The notes under the pieces: model-generated | Databases searched by the model: none | The model's input: only the letters and a program-made list of their open reading frames with translations | Told to the model about the DNA's origin: nothing | Shown: positions 28,312 through 35,577 of the stretch, in pieces | Position numbering within the stretch: the first letter of the stretch is position 1 | How the letters are laid out: every line of letters begins with the position of its first letter | Position numbers and translations under genes: made by a program | NCBI GenBank assembly: GCA_964641245.1 | Contig: CAZXML010000001.1 | Span: 229,460-293,459, forward strand | Origin: an uncultured Gammaproteobacteria bacterium | GTDB lineage: Bacteria > Patescibacteriota > Patescibacteriia > Magasanikbacterales > GWA2-37-8 | Length of the DNA stretch: 64,000 nucleotides | Direction: 5' to 3'

Positions 28312-28357
28312 ATCTTGAAAATTTCTAATTATTAATTTCTAATAACCAGTGTCAAAT

Positions 28358-28460
28358 TGTCATCCTGAATGTAATGAAGGATCTCTGTCTCAATCGCCAA
28401 ACGGACAGAGATTCTTCGCTTCACTCAGAATGACAAATGACGTGTGACCTGAATGACAGT
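28358..28460. repeat. Family A TGTCAT-type element.
   Basis: ttgtcatcctgaatgtaatgaaggatctctgtctcaatcgccaaacggacagagattcttcgcttcactcagaatgacaa differs by 1 nt in the core from the copy at 60740. Confidence 0.85.
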
Positions 28461-28468
28461 TAAAAAAT

Positions 28469-29149
28469 TTACAACTTGTACTTTCCTTCATTTTCATCGT
28501 TAATTATTTCTCCGCCATGCAAGGTGATAACGCGGCGGCGCAGATGATTAACAATTTCGCGGTTGTGTGTTACCAAAATAATAGTGGTGCCAAATTCGTT
28601 TATTTTTTTTAAAATAGAAACAATTTCGGCGGCGTTGATAGAATCCAAGTTGCCTGTCGGTTCATCTGCCACAATAATTTTTGGTCTGTGCACCAATGAC
28701 CGGGCGATGGCGGTGCGCTGTTGCTCTCCACCGGATAATTGAAACGGATAACTGTCGGCCTTGTGCGCCAGATTTACAATTTCCAAAACTTGCGGAACTA
28801 CCTGGCAAATGCGATCTCTGTGTTCTCCGGCCACTTCCAGGGCGAACGCAATATTTTCGTAAACAGTTCTTTTTGGCAATAATTTAAAATCCTGAAACAC
28901 GACGCCGATTTGCCGGCGTAAAAAAGGAACGTCGTTAGAGTCTATATTGGTAATATCCCAACCCCCGATTTCTATAGTACCTTTGTTGGGGCGCTCTTCG
29001 GCGATAAGCATTTTGACTAACGTTGTTTTGCCTGTGCCACTCTGACCGACAATAGACACAAACTCTCCCGCGTTTATGTGCAGATTTAAATGGCGCAAGG
29101 CGGGCGTGCCGGTGGGATAAATTTTGGTGACGCCGGTTATTTTTATCAT
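28469..29149 (-). CDS. ftsE: Cell-division ATP-binding protein FtsE.
   Basis: Walker A GQSGTGKTT, ABC signature LSGGEQQRTAIARS and Walker B IIVADEPTGNLD. Confidence 0.9.
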   Translation of the reverse strand: MIKITGVTKIYPTGTPALRHLNLHINAGEFVSIVGQSGTGKTTLVKMLIAEERPNKGTIEIGGWDITNIDSNDVPFLRRQIGVVFQDFKLLPKRTVYENIAFALEVAGEHRDRICQVVPQVLEIVNLAHKADSYPFQLSGGEQQRTAIARSLVHRPKIIVADEPTGNLDSINAAEIVSILKKINEFGTTIILVTHNREIVNHLRRRVITLHGGEIINDENEGKYKL

Positions 29150-29201
29150 ATACAGTTACCGATTCATTATACCACGATTTATGGTAAACAAAAATATTAA
29201 C

Positions 29202-29315
29202 TTGTCATCCTGAATGAAATGAAGGATCTCTGTCCGTTTAGCTGTCATTCCCATAACAATGGGAATCCAGACAATCATCGATTCGACTGGATTCCCGCTT
29301 TGGCGGGAATGACAA
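29202..29315. repeat. Family A half-element fused to a family E element (TGTCATTCCC...GGGAATGACAA).
   Basis: cttgtcatcctgaatgaaatgaaggatctctgtc is followed by tgtcattcccataacaatgggaatcc...ggattcccgctttggcgggaatgacaa. Confidence 0.75.
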
Positions 29316-29321
29316 TTACCA

Positions 29322-29861
29322 TTACATAAACACCGCTTTAAGTTTGCGGCGGCGGGCTTTATAGTCCGGCACAGCTTTGGCCACCAAGGCCCAGAACCGG
29401 AAAGAGTGATTTAGCTCTTTTAGATGACAAAGTTCATGAACAACAATATATTCGGCCAATTCTACGGGCAGATGAATGATTTTGTAATTAAAATTTAGAT
29501 TGCCTTTTTTGGAACAACTGCCCCACCGGCTCTTGTGATTTTTTATGCAGACGCGGTTGAAAGAAAAATTGTAAAATTTATTTATTTCCGCAATTTTTTC
29601 TTTTACAAATTCGCGCGCCTGCTCTTTTAACTGTCGATATTCACGAACGCCGCCGCGACGCCCTTCACGAAATACCGGACCCAACTTTTGAAAGTGGGCT
29701 ACTTTTTTTAATACCCAGCCGGCTTTGTCGGCCAAAAATTTTTCCACTTTATTTTGTGAAAAAAAATGCGGCACGGTTACCACTACGCTGGCGTCGCAAC
29801 GAACTGTGATGCGCATGTGTCTGGCACGGGCGCTTTGTTTGAGGGTATAGGGTAAATTCAT
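29322..29861 (-). CDS. DUF45/YgjP-like HExxH metal-dependent hydrolase (WLM/SprT-like fold).
   Basis: HELCHLKELNHS zinc-binding motif with a YgjP-family size and layout. Confidence 0.65.
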   Translation of the reverse strand: MNLPYTLKQSARARHMRITVRCDASVVVTVPHFFSQNKVEKFLADKAGWVLKKVAHFQKLGPVFREGRRGGVREYRQLKEQAREFVKEKIAEINKFYNFSFNRVCIKNHKSRWGSCSKKGNLNFNYKIIHLPVELAEYIVVHELCHLKELNHSFRFWALVAKAVPDYKARRRKLKAVFM

Positions 29862-29919
29862 TGTGTAAGGGATTCCTCCACTACGGTCGGAATGACAATG
29901 CTAAAGTGATGCGTAAAAT

Positions 29920-30792
29920 TTACAAAAGAAGTCCGTCTCGGTTTTCTTCTTTATCGTAATTCAGGATATAAACATCGGCTTTGTATTCGTCCATGCCCAC
30001 ATATTCGGCTTTTTTGTCCAAAATTGCCTGCATGGGGCGGCAGGAACCGCAACCTTCTTCGCCGGACGGACATTTGAAACGTTCCAATTGGCGGGCTAAT
30101 TTTACCTGTTGAGCCACATCCATAATATTTTTTCGCGCGGTTTCCAAGTCGGGCAATTCTTTTGGCGTTAAGGTGTCACTGCTGTCTAAATACCAATAGC
30201 TGGCTTTGCTTACTTTGCGTTTTTGGCAGTTATGAACAAGCAGGTGGTAAATCGGCAATTGCAAAGATTCCGGATCTTCTTCGGACCGGCCGGTTTTAAA
30301 ATCTATAATATGAACACTGTCGGTTTCGGGCAGATACTCCAGCCAGTCTATTTTTCCGCATAAAATAATATTATCTTCTTCAGATAACCAAAATTGCGGC
30401 AAATCCATTTGGATTTTTACGGCCAAACCGGAAAGCGGGGCGGAATTGTTCATTACCCGGCGTAACATATCCTGCCCGCGCGTTTTGTATTTGTGTTCCG
30501 TATCGCCATTGGTAAAACCGCCGTTTTTGCCCGATACTTTTGCCCAGACTTTTTCAAACTTGGCGATAAGAGATTCGGAAAAGCGGGAGTGTTTAGGCAA
30601 AACCGACAAAGACTCCAAAACTTCGTGCACAGCCGAGCCTAAAGAAAGCGCCGGGCTGACAAGTTTTATTTTATGATTTGTTTTGGGATCGCGGTAAACA
30701 TTTTTTAGATAATACGCGCGCGGACAACGCAAAAAATCACTCATTGAAGAATGCGAAACCCAGGTGGCCGTGTATTTGTCGGGCATACACAA
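29920..30792 (-). CDS. PD-(D/E)xK nuclease of the RecB/Cas4 family with a 4-Cys cluster.
   Basis: GKIDWLEY...VHIIDFKTG...QLPIYHLL are RecB-nuclease motifs II/III/QxxxY. An N-terminal Cys (FLRCPRAYYL) plus a C-terminal C-x6-C-x2-C (CPSGEEGCGSC) gives a Cas4/AddB-type Fe-S arrangement. Confidence 0.7.
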   Translation of the reverse strand: MCMPDKYTATWVSHSSMSDFLRCPRAYYLKNVYRDPKTNHKIKLVSPALSLGSAVHEVLESLSVLPKHSRFSESLIAKFEKVWAKVSGKNGGFTNGDTEHKYKTRGQDMLRRVMNNSAPLSGLAVKIQMDLPQFWLSEEDNIILCGKIDWLEYLPETDSVHIIDFKTGRSEEDPESLQLPIYHLLVHNCQKRKVSKASYWYLDSSDTLTPKELPDLETARKNIMDVAQQVKLARQLERFKCPSGEEGCGSCRPMQAILDKKAEYVGMDEYKADVYILNYDKEENRDGLLL

Positions 30793-30844
30793 AAAATTTA
30801 TTTATAAATTTTTTTCAATTTCCAAATCCCAATTTCCAAACCAC

Positions 30845-30877
30845 TTGTCATCCTGAATGAAATGAAGGATCTCTGTC
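30845..30877. repeat. Family A half-element.
   Basis: ttgtcatcctgaatgaaatgaaggatctctgtc. Confidence 0.7.
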
Positions 30878-31041
30878 TACTCTTGCGCCTTTGCCACTGC
30901 GTCTTCTTCGTCGTAGCCTTCGTCTTCCAATTTCTCAACCTTTTTGGCTTCTTTTTCGTCTAAATCAAATTCGTCCATTAATTCGTGGACATCTTCGGCC
31001 AAATCGTCGGCTGGTTTTTTGTCGTCGTCGTCATTTTGCAT
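30878..31041 (-). CDS. Possible 54-aa highly acidic protein.
   Basis: MQNDDDDKKPADDLAEDVHELMDEFDLDEKEAKKVEKLEDEGYDEEDAVAKAQE. The stop abuts the repeat half-element. Confidence 0.3.
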
Positions 31042-31113
31042 ATAACTTAATTTAATGAATTAGAATTTAACACTATAATTCTACTATGTTATTTGTTTGT
31101 TGGCAAACTTAAA

Positions 31114-31223
31114 TTGTCATTCTGAGTGAAACGAAGAATCTCTGTCTGGTTGGCCAACGCGATACTGACAGATATCCTTCACGGAGTTTACACTGAACGC
31201 AGTGAATGTGTTCAGGATGACAA
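31114..31223. repeat. Family A-related TGTCAT element (divergent).
   Basis: ttgtcattctgagtgaaacgaagaatctctgtc...tgttcaggatgacaa. Confidence 0.7.
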
Positions 31224-31232
31224 TCGATGATG

Positions 31233-32198
31233 TTATACGTCCCACTTAAAACCATTGCCGTAGCTACCCCACTCGGCGGTTTTTTCGAATTGGGGTTGGC
31301 GGAGTTCCAGGAAATCTATTATTCCCTGCGGGGATAAATCATAACCGGATATGGAAAAATCTACAGCTTCGTTGGTGGTTGGGCGGGTGACGGAAACCAT
31401 AACCGGTTGTTTTTTGCCGATGGCGTAAGCCAGCTTAACCATCACTTCTCCGCCAACTTTTTTCACCGCGTCTACCGCTATTTTGCGCGCCATATAGGCG
31501 CCACTGCGGTCTACTTTGGTGCCGTCTTTGCCGGAATAGGCGCCACCGCCAACCGGAACTTGCGGGCCATAAGCGTCACAAATAATTTTTCGGCCGGTGA
31601 CGCCGGTGTCCGCGTCAAATCCGCCGATGTCCCAATCGCCGGCCGGGTTGGCGTAGATGGATAATTCGGAATCCACTTCTTTGCCTTTAAACCATTCAAA
31701 AATTATATCGCGCAGTTCGGAAGATTTTGCTTTGTGAAAACTGGCCACCACGCTGCAGATTTTTCCGTCGCGCAATGTGATTTGAGTTTTTCCATCATTG
31801 GGGAATTTGGCATAGATTAATTTGTTTAAATTCCGCGCCAAATATAATTCTTGTGGAACGAATTCTTCGTTTGCGTCGCAGGCATAGCCAACCATTATTC
31901 CCTGATCGCCCGCCCCGCCTACATCCACTCCTTGGGCAATCTCTGAACTCTGTTGAACAATATTTGTATTCACCTGATATTGTTCGCCGGCCACGCGCTT
32001 GGCAATTTGCGCGGCGTCGATTTTTGCGTTAGTGGTAAGTTCGCCGGTAAGAGTGATAAGTCCGTGACCGCCCATGCTTTCCATAGCCACCCGGCTATGC
32101 GGATCCTGTTCTAAACAAGCGTCTAAAATAGCGTCCGATATTCTGTCGCAAATTTTATCCGGGTGACGCGGCGAAACCGATTCGGCTGTGATGAGCAT
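31233..32198 (-). CDS. metK: S-adenosylmethionine synthetase (compact, 321 aa).
   Basis: ESVSPRHPDKICDRISDAILDA, GAGDQGIMVGYA, TGRKIICDAYG and GGGAYSGKDGTKVDRSGAYMAR are present. Confidence 0.9.
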   Translation of the reverse strand: MLITAESVSPRHPDKICDRISDAILDACLEQDPHSRVAMESMGGHGLITLTGELTTNAKIDAAQIAKRVAGEQYQVNTNIVQQSSEIAQGVDVGGAGDQGIMVGYACDANEEFVPQELYLARNLNKLIYAKFPNDGKTQITLRDGKICSVVASFHKAKSSELRDIIFEWFKGKEVDSELSIYANPAGDWDIGGFDADTGVTGRKIICDAYGPQVPVGGGAYSGKDGTKVDRSGAYMARKIAVDAVKKVGGEVMVKLAYAIGKKQPVMVSVTRPTTNEAVDFSISGYDLSPQGIIDFLELRQPQFEKTAEWGSYGNGFKWDV

Positions 32199-32250
32199 AT
32201 GCGTTGATTTATGAATTAGGATTTATAATTTAAGAAACGGCCTTTTGTAT

Positions 32251-32351
32251 TCCCCGCTTGGGCGGGGCAAGCCTCAAGGCCAGGGGTGGGTTGGGAGTGC
32301 GTTGATTTACGACGAACCGGCCAACCCACCCCTACCCCGCCCAAGCGGGGA
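32251..32351. repeat. GC-rich ~100-nt perfect hairpin element.
   Basis: tccccgcttgggcgggg...aggggtgggttgg...ccaacccacccct...ccccgcccaagcgggga. A partial copy lies in-frame inside ligA (2237-2318). Confidence 0.7.
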
Positions 32352-32569
32352 ATTGACCTCGACCGAACAAATAAATTAAACAAAAAAACTTTCCTTGGCA
32401 GGAAAGAAAGTCGACCTTTATCTTTCCCCGTTGGGGCTAGATTTGGCACCTTATCCCGACTAAGTCGGGACAGGTTGTCGGCAGGTCTTAGGGCTAGTTC
32501 CCTCGCTGCACTCTTGATAACTATATCGTACCAGGTATTTCTTAATTATCAAAAAATACCTGGGGATAA

Positions 32570-32920
32570 CTATGCCGCCCCCGCTGTCTTTAAATCTGAC
32601 AGCACTTCCTCGGCGTGAGTATTCGGTTTAACATCCGGATAAGATTTATATATTTGGCCTTGCGGATCTATTAAATACGAAATGCGTTTGGTAAAAATTC
32701 CTTCCGCTTCGTATTTTTTTATCACTTCTTTTTTATCGTCCGATAATAATGTAAAATTTAATTTATATTTTTCCGCAAACCGAAAATGGCTGCTGGTGGG
32801 GTCCGCGCTGATGCCTAAAATTTTGATATTTAGTTTATCAAGGTAGTCGGATAATCTATGATTCACCGCATTTTGATCCGGTAATTCAAAATCCGGCGCC
32901 GTGGTTTTTTCCGCCAACAT
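32570..32920 (-). CDS. Bcp/peroxiredoxin-like protein lacking the peroxidatic Cys segment (degenerate or pseudogene).
   Basis: APDFELPDQNAV...LGISADPTSSHFRFAEKYKLNFTLLSDD aligns to Bcp. The ~30-aa VYFYPKDxTPGCT block is absent. Confidence 0.55.
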   Translation of the reverse strand: MLAEKTTAPDFELPDQNAVNHRLSDYLDKLNIKILGISADPTSSHFRFAEKYKLNFTLLSDDKKEVIKKYEAEGIFTKRISYLIDPQGQIYKSYPDVKPNTHAEEVLSDLKTAGAA

Positions 32921-32947
32921 ATATTAAAAATTAAAAATTCGTTTTAG

Positions 32948-33018
32948 AGCCCCCTGTCAGAATCGGACTGACGTTTGTGGTTTACGATACCACCGTTCTG
33001 CCACTGAACTAAGGGGGC
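32948..33018 (-). tRNA. tRNA-Thr (anticodon CGT).
   Basis: The reverse complement gcccccttagttcagtggcagaacggtggtatCGTaaaccac...gtcagtccgattctgacagggggct folds as a cloverleaf. The T-loop is atypical (TCCGATT). Confidence 0.7.
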
Positions 33019-33028
33019 ACTCATCTTG

Positions 33029-33099
33029 AGCGGGATACCGGAATCGAACCGGCCTCTCATCCTTGGGAAGGACGTATACTACCGATGTACTAATCCCGC
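33029..33099 (-). tRNA. tRNA-Gly (anticodon CCC).
   Basis: The reverse complement gcgggattagtacatcggtagtatacgtccttCCCaaggatgagaggccggttcgattccggtatcccgct folds as a cloverleaf. Confidence 0.85.
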
Positions 33100-33176
33100 A
33101 CTTGTCCCGACCGTGAGCGCCGGGATACACAAGGGGGTTCTCTGAAAACCAGAGAACCCCCTTGTAAAAAACCTAA

Positions 33177-34235
33177 CTATTTAGTTGTTGAAGTCAGTTC
33201 CGCAAACGGGTTATGAACGTTGATATATAAACGAATGTTGCCGTCTTTAGCCTGTTTGTCAAGATAGCTCATCAAGTCTTGGAATCGGAAAAGAACCTGG
33301 CTGGCACGGACCATCTCCTTATTCACCATTCTTCCCAGCTCATTCTTTACTCTTTCGGTTTTTTTGTCGTCTAATCTGATGATGTGGTAACCGTAAACAC
33401 TCTCTACCAGAGTCGGATTGATTTCACCTTTTTTTAAAGCGAAAGCGGCTTTTTCAAATTCCGGCACCATTTCTCCTTTTCCAAACCAGCCCAAATCACC
33501 GCCGCGTTCACCGGTACTGTCGGTATTATATTTTGTGGCCAGTGCGGCAAAATCCGAGCCGTTTTTTACCTCTTCCAAAACTTTTTCGGCTTGAGCCTTT
33601 AATTCTTCTTTCATTTTTGTATCATCTTTTAATTTTTGCGCCAATTTTGTCTGTAAAATAAACGGACGCATTACTTTTTGTTCGTAGACAGCCATTGTCC
33701 AGCCGTAACGCTTGGTTAATTCTTCGTTGGCGGCCGCTTCATCTTTAAATTGTTGCAACATTTGCGCTTTTAAAGTTTCCACATCTTTATCTTCGGCTAC
33801 CACTTCAAATTTTTTGGCGGCTTCTTGCACCAATAAATTATTTACCAAACGCCACAAAACTTGGTCGGTCATTTGCTCTTCGGTAAGATCGGCTCCGGGA
33901 CTTCTGTCCGGGGCAATACCGGCTTCTCTTTGCGCTTTATCATAATCGCGCATGACGGTGATGGCTTTTAAATCTTCCACGAATGCGACGTAAGGAATTT
34001 TTTCATTTCCTACTTTTAGAACCGGCAAATTTAACGCCTTGGCAACGGCCAGACTGAATTTATCGGTAGCTGTTTTGGCGTATACTTTATAAATACCCAA
34101 ACCGGCAATTGCGCCAACCACAACTACGGCCACACCCAGCCAAACATAACGCTTCATAGAAGCATTTAACGTTTTTGGGCTCTCCGGTGTGTTTTTAATT
34201 TCCACATTTCCTCCTGCCAAATTTTGCTCGTCCAT
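33177..34235 (-). CDS. PpiC/parvulin-type peptidyl-prolyl isomerase (PrsA/SurA-like), membrane anchored.
   Basis: The C-terminal parvulin domain DLGWFGKGEMVPEFEKAAFALKKGEI...YGYHIIRL follows an N-terminal TM helix. Confidence 0.8.
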   Translation of the reverse strand: MDEQNLAGGNVEIKNTPESPKTLNASMKRYVWLGVAVVVVGAIAGLGIYKVYAKTATDKFSLAVAKALNLPVLKVGNEKIPYVAFVEDLKAITVMRDYDKAQREAGIAPDRSPGADLTEEQMTDQVLWRLVNNLLVQEAAKKFEVVAEDKDVETLKAQMLQQFKDEAAANEELTKRYGWTMAVYEQKVMRPFILQTKLAQKLKDDTKMKEELKAQAEKVLEEVKNGSDFAALATKYNTDSTGERGGDLGWFGKGEMVPEFEKAAFALKKGEINPTLVESVYGYHIIRLDDKKTERVKNELGRMVNKEMVRASQVLFRFQDLMSYLDKQAKDGNIRLYINVHNPFAELTSTTK

Positions 34236-34242
34236 ATTTATA

Positions 34243-34304
34243 TCATAGTTGTCATGCTGAATTTATTTCAGCATCTAATCGGTATAGATCCTGAAACAAG
34301 TTCA
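34243..34304. repeat. Family A' twin-hairpin element.
   Basis: tgtcatgctgaatttatttcagcatct...agatcctgaaacaagttcaggatgac. Confidence 0.8.
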
Positions 34305-34312
34305 GGATGACG

Positions 34313-34699
34313 TTAGTTAGTAAAATACTGCCACCATTTTTTATAATTTGAAATATTGCTTAATCCTATCATACTGTTATTTTCTTGTCTATTGCCTTTG
34401 ACTTCGGCTTTCGGCACCACCAAAACCTGCTCGCCAGGCTTCACCATATTTAATTCCGTGCGCGCTTTTTCTTCCGCAAAACTGTCGGACTTTACATATT
34501 TAAGCACTTCCAATAATTCCATTTTTTTGGCCTGCAAATTTTTGGCCTGATCCTGCAAGTTCCGTATTTCCTGCGTCACCAAATAATCCTGATAATACGC
34601 CCGCGCGTATCCAAACATCACCATCATGGCAATAATGGTGGCCGCAAACATAAATAATCGGGAGCCTAAAATAATTTTCCAACCGGCGTCTTTTGCCAT
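34313..34699 (-). CDS. FtsB/DivIC-like septum formation initiator.
   Basis: TM helix, coiled coil and ARTELNMVKPGEQV (FtsB signature). Start MAKDAGW at 34699 is preferred. The ORF-track extension to 34750 is encoded by the repeat element. Confidence 0.6.
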   Translation of the reverse strand: MAKDAGWKIILGSRLFMFAATIIAMMVMFGYARAYYQDYLVTQEIRNLQDQAKNLQAKKMELLEVLKYVKSDSFAEEKARTELNMVKPGEQVLVVPKAEVKGNRQENNSMIGLSNISNYKKWWQYFTN

Positions 34700-34713
34700 T
34701 GATTTAAAGTTAC

Positions 34714-34795
34714 TTGTCATCCTGAATGAAATGAAGGATCCCTGTCTCAATCGACAATGACGGACAGAGATTCTTCGCTTTGCTCAGAATGACAA
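34714..34795. repeat. Family A TGTCAT-type element.
   Basis: ttgtcatcctgaatgaaatgaaggatccctgtctcaatcgacaatgacggacagagattcttcgctttgctcagaatgacaa. Confidence 0.85.
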
Positions 34796-34808
34796 AGGAC
34801 AATTGATA

Positions 34809-35429
34809 TTATACCATGTCCGAACCCAATTGATCCTCAATCAACTTCTTAACTTCCACCAAATCTCCATCCGTTAAATCCGGAATTATTTTGATAAAAT
34901 TATTGTAAATAACTTTCATGTTAGCCACTTTAATATCTTGCTTATACTGCTGACTGATATCGGAGAGCAGGAGTTGAGTTTTGGAAGGGCTGGCGATATT
35001 TAAAATTTCCAGAACAAACTGCTGGCTTTTGGTTTGAATGGCGATGCCGCCAAAATTAAATAAACTTTGGGCGATACCTTTTTTTCTGACGACCACATCT
35101 TTTACATCCAAATAACTGACGGATGAAATAATTTCATCAAACCAGCCCAGCCGGTGAATATCCACCACCCGGTCGCTGGTGATAACCAAAACATTTACGT
35201 GGTTTAAAAACCAGGTGCGTAAAATTATATAAAGTCCAATAAACATTCCCAACCCGTAAACTATATTCCCCCACCAGCCATAGAAAAAAAGGCGGAACAT
35301 AAAAAAAGACGAGGCAAATAAAAATATCAGACCGAGTAAATACTTCCAGGCATAAGCCGCCACGTGGGGCGCGATTACGGAAATAATTTTTTCATCTTCT
35401 TTCAGGTGGATTTTTTTGGCAATGGACAT
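34809..35429 (-). CDS. Membrane protein with a bacterial PH-like domain (YdbS/YdbT-like).
   Basis: Two N-terminal TM helices are followed by a ~100-aa beta-rich domain, matching the bPH_2 architecture. Confidence 0.5.
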   Translation of the reverse strand: MSIAKKIHLKEDEKIISVIAPHVAAYAWKYLLGLIFLFASSFFMFRLFFYGWWGNIVYGLGMFIGLYIILRTWFLNHVNVLVITSDRVVDIHRLGWFDEIISSVSYLDVKDVVVRKKGIAQSLFNFGGIAIQTKSQQFVLEILNIASPSKTQLLLSDISQQYKQDIKVANMKVIYNNFIKIIPDLTDGDLVEVKKLIEDQLGSDMV

Positions 35430-35472
35430 AAGTAAATTCTAATTTCTCAATTTCCTAATTTCTAATCTCGAA

Positions 35473-35577
35473 TTGTCATCCTGAACGGAGTGAAGGATCT
35501 CTGTCCGTATAGTTTTCACCAACCAGACAGAGATTCTTCGCTTTGCTCAGAATGACAGTTACGTACGGGATGACAAT
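35473..35577. repeat. Family A TGTCAT-type element plus an extra terminal fragment.
   Basis: ttgtcatcctgaacggagtgaaggatctctgtc...gacagagattcttcgctttgctcagaatgacag, followed by ttacgtacgggatgacaatgc. It supplies the last 6 codons and the stop of the Mur ligase gene. Confidence 0.8.

Noticed and set aside
32360-32565. RNase P RNA, tmRNA or SRP RNA in the metK-bcp gap.
   Set aside because: No GGAAAGUCCGG/ACAGAAACCCGGCUUA (RNase P), no tag-peptide frame with a T-arm/ACCA end (tmRNA), and no GGAAGGAAGCAGC domain IV (SRP) were found. The region is left as an unclassified possible ncRNA.
33131-33166. Perfect 15-bp hairpin caagggggttctctg-aaaacc-cagagaacccccttg as a terminator for the PPIase gene.
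   Set aside because: The U-tract lies on the wrong side for either strand (T-run precedes the stem on the minus strand, A-run follows it on the plus). It may still be a processing or stability element upstream of the tRNA pair.
34700-34750. N-terminal extension MRQGSFISFRMTSNFKS of the FtsB-like gene.
   Set aside because: It is encoded by the family A repeat element. The ATG at 34699 (MAKDAGW) is more plausible, though translation from within the repeat cannot be excluded.
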